Assembly (NCBI GenBank): GCA_965238005.1 | Contig: OZ250165.1 | Location: forward strand, 384,001 to 448,000 | Length of the DNA: 64,000 nucleotides | DNA from: Longimicrobiales bacterium | GTDB lineage: Bacteria > Gemmatimonadota > Gemmatimonadetes > Longimicrobiales > Gaopeijiaceae | Reading direction: 5' to 3' | In this document: piece after piece, positions 8,802 through 18,360 of the stretch | How the letters are laid out: each line of letters begins with the position of its first letter | Numbering within the stretch: position 1 is the first letter of the stretch | Notes under the pieces: generated by a model | What the model saw: the letters and a program-made list of their open reading frames with translations, nothing else | Databases searched by the model: none | Told to the model about the DNA's origin: nothing | Made by a program: the position numbers and the translations under genes

Positions 8802-10496
8802 ATGCATCGCACGAACACTCTCCGGGCCGCTCTGGTCCTGATACCTACTGGGCTGTTGGCAGCCTGCAGTGGCGAGGCCGGATCCCCGGGCTCGGACGCA
8901 TCCTCCGGCGACGTCCTGGCAGCCGCGTCCGCCATGACCACCGCGGGGCTGGCGGAACACATCCGCACCCTGTCCTCGGACGAATTCGGAGGTCGCGCCC
9001 CCGCGTCACCGGGAGGGGAGCTCACCGAGCGCTACCTGGAGGAGCAGTTTCGTGCCGCTGGGCTCCAGCCCGGCAACGGCGACAGCTACTTCCAGGAAGT
9101 CCCGATGGTGGCCATCACTGGCCTGGGTAGCCCGACCTTGACGTTGTCCGGGGCCGGCGCACCCGCCGAGCTGACCTTCCTGGACGAATACGTGGGCTGG
9201 ACCAAGCGCGTTACCGAGGCCGCGAGCCTGGACGCGTCGGAGGTGATCTTCGTGGGCTACGGGATCGTGGCGCCCGAGTACGGTTGGAACGACTACGAGG
9301 GACTGGACGTAGCCGGAAAGACCGTGGTGATGCTGGTGAACGACCCCGGTTTCGCCACGCAGGACGAGGCGGTGTTCAACGGCAACGCAATGACCTACTA
9401 CGGCCGGTGGACCTACAAGTACGAGGAGGCGGCCCGGCAGGGCGCGGCGGGCGCCCTGGTCGTGCATGAGACCGCCCCGGCCGGGTACCCCTGGGACGTG
9501 GTCACCGGGAGCTGGACCGGCCCTCAGTTCGACCTCGTGCGCGACGACGACAACATGGGTCGAGTCGCCGTCGAGGGTTGGTTGACCCTCGAGGCGGCCG
9601 AGAGCCTGTTCACCCTGGCGGGCCAGGACTACGGCGCCATGAAGGAACGTGCCCTGGAGCCCGATTTTCAGGCCGTGCCGCTGGGCGTGACCGCCTCGGT
9701 GTCCATCGAAAACGACGTCCGGCGGTCCTCGGCGAACAACGTGCTCGGCGTGCTGCCCGGCAGCGACCGGGCCGACGAGTACGTCGTCTATATGGCTCAC
9801 CACGATCACCTGGGCACGGCTTCGGGAGACATGGAGGACGCCATTTACAACGGCGCACTGGACAATGCCACCGGCACGGCCGGGCTCCTCGAGCTCGTCA
9901 AGGCGTACCGGACGCTGGGCGAGCCTCCATCCCGGTCCATTCTGTTCTTGGCGGTGACGGCTGAGGAGCAGGGGCTTCTAGGCTCCGCGTACTATGCCAC
10001 GTACCCGGTGTATCCGACGAACAAGACGGTGGCCGCTCTCAACATGGACGTGCTGAACATCTACGGTCCCATGAACGACGTCACGGTGGTCGGCTTCGGG
10101 GCGTCGCAGCTGGATGACTACCTGAATCGCGCCGCGTCGGCCGTGAATCGCGTATTGCGGCCCGACCCTGAGCCGGAGAAGGGATACTACTACCGGTCCG
10201 ACCACTTCAACTTCGCCAAGGTCGGTGTGCCCGCCCTGTACGTGGAGGGGGGCATCGACCACGTGGAGCACGGAGAGGAGTGGACTCTCGAGCAGCGGGA
10301 CAGGTACACCGCCGACGACTACCACAAGCCCTCGGACGAGTTCGACGAGAGCTGGGATCTGACGGGAGCCATCGACGACCTGATTCTCCTCTTACAGGTG
10401 GGTCACGAGGTGGCCTCGTCGGACGCCTGGCCGAACTGGAGTGAGGGGAACGAGTTCCGGGCCATCCGAGAGGCCGACATGACCGGCGGCCACTAG
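8802..10496 (+). CDS. M28 family metallopeptidase with PA domain, lipoprotein
   Basis: Lipobox LLAAC, AHHDHLG, NGALDNATG, TAEEQGLLGS, RSDHFNF, YHKPSDE. Confidence 0.92.
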   Translation: MHRTNTLRAALVLIPTGLLAACSGEAGSPGSDASSGDVLAAASAMTTAGLAEHIRTLSSDEFGGRAPASPGGELTERYLEEQFRAAGLQPGNGDSYFQEVPMVAITGLGSPTLTLSGAGAPAELTFLDEYVGWTKRVTEAASLDASEVIFVGYGIVAPEYGWNDYEGLDVAGKTVVMLVNDPGFATQDEAVFNGNAMTYYGRWTYKYEEAARQGAAGALVVHETAPAGYPWDVVTGSWTGPQFDLVRDDDNMGRVAVEGWLTLEAAESLFTLAGQDYGAMKERALEPDFQAVPLGVTASVSIENDVRRSSANNVLGVLPGSDRADEYVVYMAHHDHLGTASGDMEDAIYNGALDNATGTAGLLELVKAYRTLGEPPSRSILFLAVTAEEQGLLGSAYYATYPVYPTNKTVAALNMDVLNIYGPMNDVTVVGFGASQLDDYLNRAASAVNRVLRPDPEPEKGYYYRSDHFNFAKVGVPALYVEGGIDHVEHGEEWTLEQRDRYTADDYHKPSDEFDESWDLTGAIDDLILLLQVGHEVASSDAWPNWSEGNEFRAIREADMTGGH

Positions 10497-10502
10497 ACGG
10501 CG

Positions 10503-11282
10503 TCATGCGTCGTCCGCCCGCATGCGGGCGCCGCCGGGCCGGGCCCCCAGCTCCACTCTTGCGCCCCTGCCCTCCGCCAACTCGGGCGAGCCGACGTAAC
10601 GAAGGAAGACGGCGGTCAGCTCCGATGCCAGGTCCTTGTCCTCGATACCGTCTTCCCGGGCCCCCCACGCGAAGATGTAGCGACTCCTCAGGGTGGCGAA
10701 GACCTGGAGCGTCGCCAGGCGTACGGCCCACTCGGGATCGGGGTGGCCAAGCTCGTCGCTCCGCTCCATGAGGAGCACGATGAGGTAGTCGGCGACCCGG
10801 TTGTCCAGCTCGGCCATCCGGTCCAGGAGCTCAGGCTCCGGATGGGACATGGCGTGAACCAGGAACGCCCGCAGGAGAGAGCCGTGGGCCCGGCTCCAGA
10901 GCACCAGCGTCCGGGTGAACTGTAGGACGATCTCCCGCACGCCGGCCACGGACCAGCGGGCAGGAGCCAGGACGGTCTCCCAACCGTCCTGCGCGTCCTC
11001 CCAGAACCGGCTGGCCAGGTAGGCCAGAAGGGCGTCGCGGCTGTCGAAGCGCGCGTAAAAGGTGCCCGCGCCGGTCCCGGAGCGGGACAGGATCTCCTGG
11101 ACGGTTGCCCCCTCGAGACCCTCCTCGGCGATGAGATCCATGGCCGAAGTCACCATCCGGTCGAAGGAGGCACGGCTCCTCGCCTGCCTCGGAAGACGCA
11201 CGCCCGAGAGAACGCGGGCGGCGGCAGGCTCTTCGCCCCCCAGAGCCGGGGGCACGCCCGGCGGCCGTGGCGGATGATTCAT
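10503..11282 (-). CDS. TetR/AcrR-family regulator
   Basis: PRQARSRAS...GATVQEILSRSGTGAGTFYARFDSRDALL. Confidence 0.88.
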   Translation of the reverse strand: MNHPPRPPGVPPALGGEEPAAARVLSGVRLPRQARSRASFDRMVTSAMDLIAEEGLEGATVQEILSRSGTGAGTFYARFDSRDALLAYLASRFWEDAQDGWETVLAPARWSVAGVREIVLQFTRTLVLWSRAHGSLLRAFLVHAMSHPEPELLDRMAELDNRVADYLIVLLMERSDELGHPDPEWAVRLATLQVFATLRSRYIFAWGAREDGIEDKDLASELTAVFLRYVGSPELAEGRGARVELGARPGGARMRADDA

Positions 11283-11372
11283 GACACCGGCATACCTGGG
11301 TCAGAACGCTCCCGTTAATAATTGGCATTCAAATTCAAAGAAACATCATGAGGGAAGAGGTGGCAAGGGTTT

Positions 11373-12026
11373 TCAGCCCCAGATATCGAAGAACTCCACG
11401 TCTTCGTCGGAAGATGGAGCGGAGGGATGATCCCCGGTGAGGTGCCGGACGAGAGCCGCACAGAGGTCGGTCATGACCGCCGGATCCAGGGAAAGGGCGC
11501 ACGCTTCCAGGGACCGGCAGGTCGTCTCAACGGCCAGATCGGGGGTGGGGTGGGTGATAGCGGCGCTCCGGTCCAGGAGGAGGCGCCGCGAGCTCTCCAG
11601 GACCTTGGCCTTGAAGCGTACGGACGCCTTGGAGGGGCCGGCGCCGGGCCCACGGAGGGCCTGGGCCAGTGCATCACGCGCGGCGCGGTGCACCAACTCG
11701 AGCTCGGCGTAGAGCTTCGCCAGTCCAATCACCACCTCGGGGATGGCCCGATCGCCCCAGCTCCCCTCCGTGGCTTCGTTCCAGCGCTCCTCGGCACTCT
11801 CCCAGATGCGCTCGTCCAGGTAGATGAGCAGGTCGTCCTTGCCCTCGAAGCGGGCGTAGAAGGAGCCTACAGACGAGCGGGCGCGCCCGACGATCGCGCT
11901 GATGGTCGTGCCTTCCACCCCGTTCTCGGCGATGAGCTCGAGGGCGGCCTGGGTGATCCGCTGTAGGGTCCGGCGGCTTCGGGCCTGCTTGGGTTTGCGA
12001 AGGTGCGTAGCACTCATGACAGGCAA
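11373..12026 (-). CDS. TetR/AcrR-family regulator (tandem paralogue)
   Basis: PKQARSRRT...GTTISAIVGRARSSVGSFYARFEGKDDLL. Confidence 0.88.
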   Translation of the reverse strand: MPVMSATHLRKPKQARSRRTLQRITQAALELIAENGVEGTTISAIVGRARSSVGSFYARFEGKDDLLIYLDERIWESAEERWNEATEGSWGDRAIPEVVIGLAKLYAELELVHRAARDALAQALRGPGAGPSKASVRFKAKVLESSRRLLLDRSAAITHPTPDLAVETTCRSLEACALSLDPAVMTDLCAALVRHLTGDHPSAPSSDEDVEFFDIWG

Positions 12027-12147
12027 GAGAAATTAGTACGTGCATTCTAAATACGCTGAAGAGCCCCGCTTCGCAACACATATCGGTTGCCTCCGGAGCG
12101 TATCGGCAGCACTATTCCCGCACCCCCGTCACACGGAAGACCACGAG

Positions 12148-12441
12148 TTGGCAAGTCGAGACCCGCTTCAAGAGATTCCCGGCGTCGGCCCGAGCATCAG
12201 TGCAGATCTTCGCGCGTTGGACATCGAGCGGGTGTCCGATCTGGCGGGCCGTGATCCGGAGCAGCTCTACCAGCGGCTTCGCGTGCGTCAGGGCGGGCCG
12301 GTGGACCGGTGCATGCTCTACGTGTTCCGCTGCGCCGTCTACTACGCCACCGAGGAGCGGCACGACCCCGACCTCCTCCTCTGGTGGAGCTGGAAGGACC
12401 GCACGGAGCTGGACGGAAAAGGCGGCGGCGGTCGTATGTAA
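12148..12441 (+). CDS. Helix-hairpin-helix protein (Cdd1/'pathogenicity locus'-like)
   Basis: LQEIPGVGPSISADL...DPEQLY...DRCMLYVFRCAVY...WWSWKD; start uncertain. Confidence 0.75.
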   Translation: MASRDPLQEIPGVGPSISADLRALDIERVSDLAGRDPEQLYQRLRVRQGGPVDRCMLYVFRCAVYYATEERHDPDLLLWWSWKDRTELDGKGGGGRM

Positions 12442-12475
12442 GGGTGTACGTCCCCCGAGCCCGAGGACAAAGCCA

Positions 12476-13117
12476 GTGTCGAAGTCCCCGGTGAACCGCA
12501 ATCCGAAGCTCAACAGGCGCGAGGCTTTCCAGTCCGCGGCGTCCGACCTCGACGCCACGTTCGTGGCGGGCAAGTGGAGCTCTGGCGACGAGGTCCACCT
12601 CGAGCACGGTCCATGGAAGGTGATTCTCGACACCTACGCCCAAAGCACCGGCCAAACGTCGGTCACCTATACGCGGGCGCGAGCCCTCTACGTGGCGAAG
12701 GAGGACTTCGAGCTCGGCATCTCCCGGAGGAACGTCTTCACCCGAATCGCCGAGCTCTTCGGCTTCTACGGGCTCCTGGTCGGTGATCAGGAGCTCGAGG
12801 GCAAATACACGATCAAGAGCTCGAGCGACCCCCGGGGAAGGTCCCTCATGATGGACCGGCGGCTCCGGGAGCTGATCATGGTCCAGCCGTCGCTCCAGCT
12901 GGAGATCCGGCGGCTCTCGTGGGGGATGCGGAGGAAGAGGGGGGACGGCGTCCGGGCGGTGGCGGTCCAGACCACCGGCGTGGTCACGGAGCCGGATCGC
13001 CTCGCGAACTACGTGCTCCTCGTGGCCAACACCCTGGACCAGCTCGTCCGCATCGGCGCGGCCTACGAGGAGCCCGTGGCCGAGGGTCGCACCTACGCTC
13101 TCCCCCGGCGCGTCTGA
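12476..13117 (+). CDS. Hypothetical protein
   Basis: Long ORF with coding-like codon bias; GAGGA before GTG 12476. Confidence 0.65.
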   Translation: MSKSPVNRNPKLNRREAFQSAASDLDATFVAGKWSSGDEVHLEHGPWKVILDTYAQSTGQTSVTYTRARALYVAKEDFELGISRRNVFTRIAELFGFYGLLVGDQELEGKYTIKSSSDPRGRSLMMDRRLRELIMVQPSLQLEIRRLSWGMRRKRGDGVRAVAVQTTGVVTEPDRLANYVLLVANTLDQLVRIGAAYEEPVAEGRTYALPRRV

Positions 13118-13182
13118 GTCCAGTCCGGATTTCCGGATACCAAGAGGGAACCTTGGCGGGTATGCTCCCATGAAGGCATCAC

Positions 13183-13590
13183 ATGAGCCGGGAGGTCCGC
13201 GTGAAGGACGTGGCGAAGGGAGTGGGACTGGCGCTCGTGACGAGTGCCGGCCTGATGGTGATCCCCGAGGGACTGGCGCTCCCCCTGGTCGCGATCTTCA
13301 TGGGGGTGGCAGGCGGAGTCTACGTGGGATTCGCCCTGAAGGACCCTGAAGCGAAGGAGGCACCCATCCAGTGGGCGGGCGCCATCGTGTTCGCCGTGGC
13401 CGGAGCGCTGGGCCTGTGGGCATCGCCCTGGTGGCTCGTCGCCGGGTGGGCGGCCCACGCCATCTGGGACGCCCTCCATCACGTTCGAACACTGAAGACC
13501 CAGACGTCCCCCGGCTACCCCGGCCTCTGTGCCGCTTACGACCTGGCCCTCGCCGCTTTCCTGGCCTACTGGATCGGAGCCGGAGCATGA
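13183..13590 (+). CDS. Small integral membrane protein (DUF6010-like)
   Basis: Several hydrophobic segments; GWAAHAIWDALHH and YPGLCAAYD motifs. Confidence 0.7.
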   Translation: MSREVRVKDVAKGVGLALVTSAGLMVIPEGLALPLVAIFMGVAGGVYVGFALKDPEAKEAPIQWAGAIVFAVAGALGLWASPWWLVAGWAAHAIWDALHHVRTLKTQTSPGYPGLCAAYDLALAAFLAYWIGAGA

Positions 13591-13651
13591 CGCCTTCCCC
13601 CAACCGTTGGCGGCGGACCGCCCATCGAGACACGCAATCGAGGACGTGACC

Positions 13652-14176
13652 ATGACTGACCCGAGATATCCCATCGGACCCTTCCAGGCCGGAGGCAAGC
13701 TCACCCCGGAGGAGAGAGCCACCCTGCTCCAGCAGATCGAGGAAGCGCCGGCACGGCTCCGCGAGGCCGTGGCGGGCCTGGTCGACGCCCAGTTGGACAC
13801 GCCCTACCGGGAGGGCGGCTGGACCGTCCGTCAGGTGGCCCACCACGTGGCCGACAGCCACATCAACGCCTACGTGCGACTCCGCTGGGCCCTCACGGAG
13901 GACGCACCCACCGTCAAGGCGTACGAGGAGAAGGACTGGGCCCAGCTTCCCGACGCGTCGTCTGCCCCTATTGCGATGTCCCTGAATCTCCTGGACGCGC
14001 TTCACGTGCGCCGGCTCGCCCTCTGGCGGGCCATGAAGGAAGGAGACTTCGCGCGGACGTGGAAGGGACCCGACTTCGACTACCTGCCCGTGGACGACCT
14101 CGTCAGGCTCTACGTCTGGCACGGGCGGCACCACAGGGCGCACATCACGTCGCTCAGGGAGAGGATGGGGTGGTAG
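13652..14176 (+). CDS. yfiT: YfiT/DinB-family metal-dependent thiol transferase/hydrolase
   Basis: MTDPRYPIG, LDTPYREGGWTVRQVAHHVADSH, YVWHGRHHRAHI. Confidence 0.88.
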   Translation: MTDPRYPIGPFQAGGKLTPEERATLLQQIEEAPARLREAVAGLVDAQLDTPYREGGWTVRQVAHHVADSHINAYVRLRWALTEDAPTVKAYEEKDWAQLPDASSAPIAMSLNLLDALHVRRLALWRAMKEGDFARTWKGPDFDYLPVDDLVRLYVWHGRHHRAHITSLRERMGW

Positions 14177-14210
14177 GGGAGGGTTAGGAGGGTTAGGTGA
14201 TTGGGACAGC

Positions 14211-14936
14211 TTAGGTCACAGGGACGGGCTCTCCGAGGGAGACGCCGTCGAGGGTGACTCGGCAACGCCGGCCTAGCACTCGGACACCAGCCTTCCTGGC
14301 CTGAGCCAAAGCATCCGCGAAGCGGGGATCGATCTCGCGAGCCGCCGAGATGGACCGGGCATCGGCTCTTTGGAGAACGAAAAGGACTGCCGCTTCCCAA
14401 CCTTCCTTCCCCGCGAGCTCGCCCAACTCCCTAACGTGCCGAGCTCCTCTCTCAGTCACCGCGTCGGGAAAGAGGGCAACACCTTCCTCCACCAGAGTGA
14501 CGCTCTTCACCTCCAGAACGAGCTGTCTCCCGTCCTCCCGTGACAGCAGAAAATCGAAACGAGATCTGCCGATGATCACCTCGGACCGATCGAGTCTCCA
14601 CCCACGGAGCTCCGATATTGCGTCGACGGACAGCGCCCGGCCGATGAGTCGATTGGGGAGCGTAGTGTCCAGAGAGATCAGACCATCACCCTCGGGAGCC
14701 TGGACCAGAACGGCCGACCACTTCGTCCTCCTCGCCGCGGACGCTGCACTCTGGAGCCAGATCGATCTCCCGGGAACCAGAAGCTCTCGCAGCCGCCCCG
14801 GATCTGGAAGGTGTGCTTCGTGCGGCCCGCCGCCTTCCACTGGTTCCGCCATGACCAAGAAACGATTGGGACGCTCGAGGAAGCGGGCTTCCAGGAGGGG
14901 GCCTTTGATGGGCTCGAATGGCTCAGCTCGCGTCAT
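14211..14936 (-). CDS. sfsA: DNA/RNA nuclease SfsA
   Basis: RPNRF, HLPDPGRLRELL, SRFDFLL, EVKSVTL, FPDAVTERGARH. Confidence 0.92.
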   Translation of the reverse strand: MTRAEPFEPIKGPLLEARFLERPNRFLVMAEPVEGGGPHEAHLPDPGRLRELLVPGRSIWLQSAASAARRTKWSAVLVQAPEGDGLISLDTTLPNRLIGRALSVDAISELRGWRLDRSEVIIGRSRFDFLLSREDGRQLVLEVKSVTLVEEGVALFPDAVTERGARHVRELGELAGKEGWEAAVLFVLQRADARSISAAREIDPRFADALAQARKAGVRVLGRRCRVTLDGVSLGEPVPVT

Positions 14937-15103
14937 GCAATCGCCTTTCGGTGTCTAGTCCGCTTCACTCAAAGCAGGTGCCAAAGCTGCCATTTTCGGG
15001 GGCCCTCCCAGCTTCAGCCGATTTGATGATAGGGTGGTGACAGGACGGCGCTACCATCACTGCTCGAGTCCCCTTCGATCCGCCTAGGACTGGAGCAAAG
15101 CCC

Positions 15104-16030
15104 ATGGACGTCACCCCGGCCAACTCTCCCCCCCTTGCCCGACTCGCACCTCCGTATGACAGCCTGGAGCCGCTCTCACCGTCCGATGACTACCTCACCC
15201 AACCTCCAGGTCCGGGATCGAGCATTGTGTGGCAATTGGGCTTCGGAAGCTGGAGCGCGGCCTTCGATGTGATTCGTCGGCGATCCCCCGGAATGGCCCT
15301 GATCGTTATTCTAGCACCCAAAGTAGAGGTCGACTCTGCCCCTCAGTTGCTCAGGGTCGTTGAGGCTGGTCGCCCGCACAGCATCCTCCCCTTCCATCCA
15401 GAGCCACACCTCGATGACCTGACGGCCGTTCTTAGGAGGGAGCCGGAGGACCTCCCGGTGGAGTTCATGGACTATCTCCTTTGGCGAGGGATGAATGTGG
15501 ACATGGACGCTCGCCGGCTCATCAGGAAGACCGTCGAGCTGTCGCTCGAGCTGTACACGGTGACGGCCCTTGCACGAAGCCTCTACCTGTCTCGTCGAGC
15601 TCTGGGACGGCGCTTCCTGAAGAGAGGACTCCCCGTTCCCTCGCACTGGCTCCACTTCGGCAGAATCCTCCGAGCAGCCCTGCGGCTTCAGAACACCGAT
15701 GAGACTCTAGCATCCGCAGCCTATCACTTCGGGTATCCAGACGCCTTTGCTTTTTCCAACCAGATGTACCGGCTTACGCGCGTCCGACCCTCCGAAGCTC
15801 GGCGCTTCCTTGGTTGGGAGTGGCTCGTCGAGGCGTGGCTCCAAACCGAGGGCAGCACGGGTGGCCTGTCGAGGGATCTCTCGCGTACATTGGTCCTTGC
15901 GCCCGACGTCTTATCACGGCGGAAGGACTCCTCTAGCGTGAATGACGCAGAAGGAATGGCGGATCCCGAAGGCCCAGCCCCCCGGCCGACGCGGAGACCG
16001 CTGTCTTCAATGACCAAGGCCAAGTCCTAG
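15104..16030 (+). CDS. AraC-family regulator
   Basis: C-terminal double HTH: LARSLYLSRRALGRRF...AYHFGYPDAFAFSNQMYRLTRVRPSE. Confidence 0.85.
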   Translation: MDVTPANSPPLARLAPPYDSLEPLSPSDDYLTQPPGPGSSIVWQLGFGSWSAAFDVIRRRSPGMALIVILAPKVEVDSAPQLLRVVEAGRPHSILPFHPEPHLDDLTAVLRREPEDLPVEFMDYLLWRGMNVDMDARRLIRKTVELSLELYTVTALARSLYLSRRALGRRFLKRGLPVPSHWLHFGRILRAALRLQNTDETLASAAYHFGYPDAFAFSNQMYRLTRVRPSEARRFLGWEWLVEAWLQTEGSTGGLSRDLSRTLVLAPDVLSRRKDSSSVNDAEGMADPEGPAPRPTRRPLSSMTKAKS

Positions 16031-16903
16031 CTGAAGCGAGGCGCGGCCCAGGGGTTCTGTCGAATGTCCTTGGACTCAGTCGAAGCAGCCCCCGTTCAAG
16101 TCCGATTGTTCGGTGGGCCGGTCGTAGAGGTGGGAGCAAAGCCGGTGCGGCTCTCGAAGTATCAGGCCTACCTCATTGCTCTAGTCTTCGGGCATGGGCA
16201 GGACGGGCTCTCCCGCTCCAAGGCCATTGAGCTCCTCTGGAATGAGCCAGACGGCCGGAGGCAGCGTCACCGCTTGAGCCAGTTGCTCCATACACTGAAG
16301 CGGAAGTTGGGTGGAAGGGAGATCGTGCGTGATGACGATTTCTTTCTCATGTCGGCCCTGCCGAGTCATGCCACCGACCTAGAGAAGATCAATTCGTCAC
16401 TCGAGCAACGTGATCACGGCACATTGTCAGGTCTCTTAGGAGGTGCGTTTCTGTCCCGTTTGGAGAAAGCACCCACCAGCCAGTTTGACCAGTGGTCAGC
16501 CTTGACGAACAGGAGGATCGACGATGCGGTGGAAGCGAGCCTCCTGCATGCATGCCTCGAGGCAGAAGAAGAGAGCGATTGGCAGGCATTGGGCGATGCA
16601 GTTCGCGTGGCGGAGATCGTCTGCGCTCCCCAGGAGAACGTACTCCTTTACTCAATAAAGCACCTCGCGATGCGAGGACGCTTTTCCCTGGTCCGGCAAA
16701 CCGTAGCACGCTTCGCCTCCCGTTGGGCTGAGGCAACCGGCGATCGCTGGGAGCCTACTCCGGGTACGACCGAGCTGCTCGCGTGGGCACAAAGCGTCAA
16801 GGGCAGATGCCGAACCTCTGCCAATGACGGGGGCCCACTTCCGCTAATCGGTCAAAAGACTGAGTTGCGGGCCTTATATGAAAAGCTCACCACGGCGTCA
16901 CCG

Positions 16904-18360
16904 GAAGCTGTCCCAACCGTAGTTGAAGGTTCCTGATAGGGGAGAAAGAAAAGTGGTGGCTCCGGGGGTCCCGGGCCGATAGGCTCGGGTAGGCAAAAAC
17001 CCCAACACGGAGCCACCACGATGAAGAGAACGTACGAGGTAAGGGATCGGGCGGACAAGCGCGCGATCAGGGAGTTCCTGAAGCGGGAGGGGCAGTTTCT
17101 GCTTCCGATGCTTGAGCTCGTGGAGCAGACGGAGGTCGCGATCGACGAAGTCATCCAGGTGATGGGACGAGCGACGATCGAAGCGGTGCTGGAGATGAGC
17201 GCCGAGGGTGTGGCAGGCGTGAAGCAGGCAGGTCGGTCACGAGCGGAAGACGACACGGTGTGGTATGGCCGGCAGGGTGGTGTGGTTTACCTGTCGGACC
17301 GGAAGGTGCGTGTGGAGCGGCCACGGCTCAGGCGCCGGGGCGCCGGGGAGGGTGGCGAGGTCGAGGTGCCGGCGTACGCAGCGATGCGGAGACCGGGCGC
17401 CGTGGCGGATCGGATGCTCGAGGTCCTGATGGCGGGGGTGAGCACGCGGAAGTACGGCCGTGTGATCGGTGAGATGGCCGACACGGTCGGGGTGAGCAAG
17501 TCGGCGGTGAGCCGTGAGACGGTCGAGGCCTCGGAGCGCGTGCTGAAGGAGCTGATGGAGCGCCGGCTGGATGCGTGGGACCTCCTGGTGATCTACCTGG
17601 ACGGGATCCAGATGGGCTCGCACCACGTGCTTGCTGCGGTAGGCGTGGACTCAGACGGAAAGAAGCACGTGCTGGGCGTGAGGGAAGGAGCGAGTGAGAA
17701 CGCCGAGGTGACCAGCGCGCTCCTAGAGGATCTGGTCGAGCGCGGCCTGGACCCGGGCAGGCGGCGGCTGTTCGTGATCGATGGCTCGAAAGCGCCCAGG
17801 AAGGCGATCGAGAAGGTGTTCGGCCAACGTCACCCCATCCAGCGCTGCCGCAACCACAAGCTCCGCAACGTGCTGGGTCATCTGCCGAAGGATCAGCATC
17901 CTCAGGTGAAGGCGGCGTTCCGGGCGGCGATGAAGCTGGACGCGAAGCAGGGCGAGCAGAAGCTCGAGCAGCTCGCCCGATGGCTCGAGCGCGACCACCC
18001 CTCGGCCTCGGCCAGCCTACGCGAAGGCCTCAGCGAGATGTTCACGATCAACCGGCTCGGCCTCCCGCCGCGGCTGAGGAAGTGCCTGGGCTCGACCAAC
18101 CTGATCGACAGCACCCACTCGGGCGTAAGACAGAAGACCCGCAGGGTGACCAACTGGAAGAACGGAGCGATGGCCTTGCGCTGGGCCGCGGCCTCGTTCG
18201 TGGAGACCGAGAAGAGCTACCGGAGGATCATCGGCTACGACCAGCTCTGGATGCTCAGGGCCCACCTCGACGACCATGAACCGGTTGCCGAAATGAGAAA
18301 GGCAGGCTAACAAGGAGACTCTCCGGAGCCACCACCTTCAACTGTCAGCGGGACACCATC
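16904..18360 (+). mobile_element. IS256-family element, 1457 bp
   Basis: Imperfect IRs GAAGCTGTCCC...AGTTGAAGGT and GATGGTGTCCC...AGTTGAAGGT; 8-bp TSD CGTCACCG at 16896-16903 and 18361-18368. Confidence 0.93.
17021..18310 (+). CDS. IS256-family transposase
   Basis: GVSTRK, YLDG, GVREGASEN, VIDGSK, IQRCRNHKLRN, STNLIDS. Confidence 0.93.
   Translation: MKRTYEVRDRADKRAIREFLKREGQFLLPMLELVEQTEVAIDEVIQVMGRATIEAVLEMSAEGVAGVKQAGRSRAEDDTVWYGRQGGVVYLSDRKVRVERPRLRRRGAGEGGEVEVPAYAAMRRPGAVADRMLEVLMAGVSTRKYGRVIGEMADTVGVSKSAVSRETVEASERVLKELMERRLDAWDLLVIYLDGIQMGSHHVLAAVGVDSDGKKHVLGVREGASENAEVTSALLEDLVERGLDPGRRRLFVIDGSKAPRKAIEKVFGQRHPIQRCRNHKLRNVLGHLPKDQHPQVKAAFRAAMKLDAKQGEQKLEQLARWLERDHPSASASLREGLSEMFTINRLGLPPRLRKCLGSTNLIDSTHSGVRQKTRRVTNWKNGAMALRWAAASFVETEKSYRRIIGYDQLWMLRAHLDDHEPVAEMRKAG

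Noticed and set aside
14968..14984. Sigma-54-like TGGCAC-N5-TTGA upstream of sfsA
   Set aside because: The -12 GC is missing
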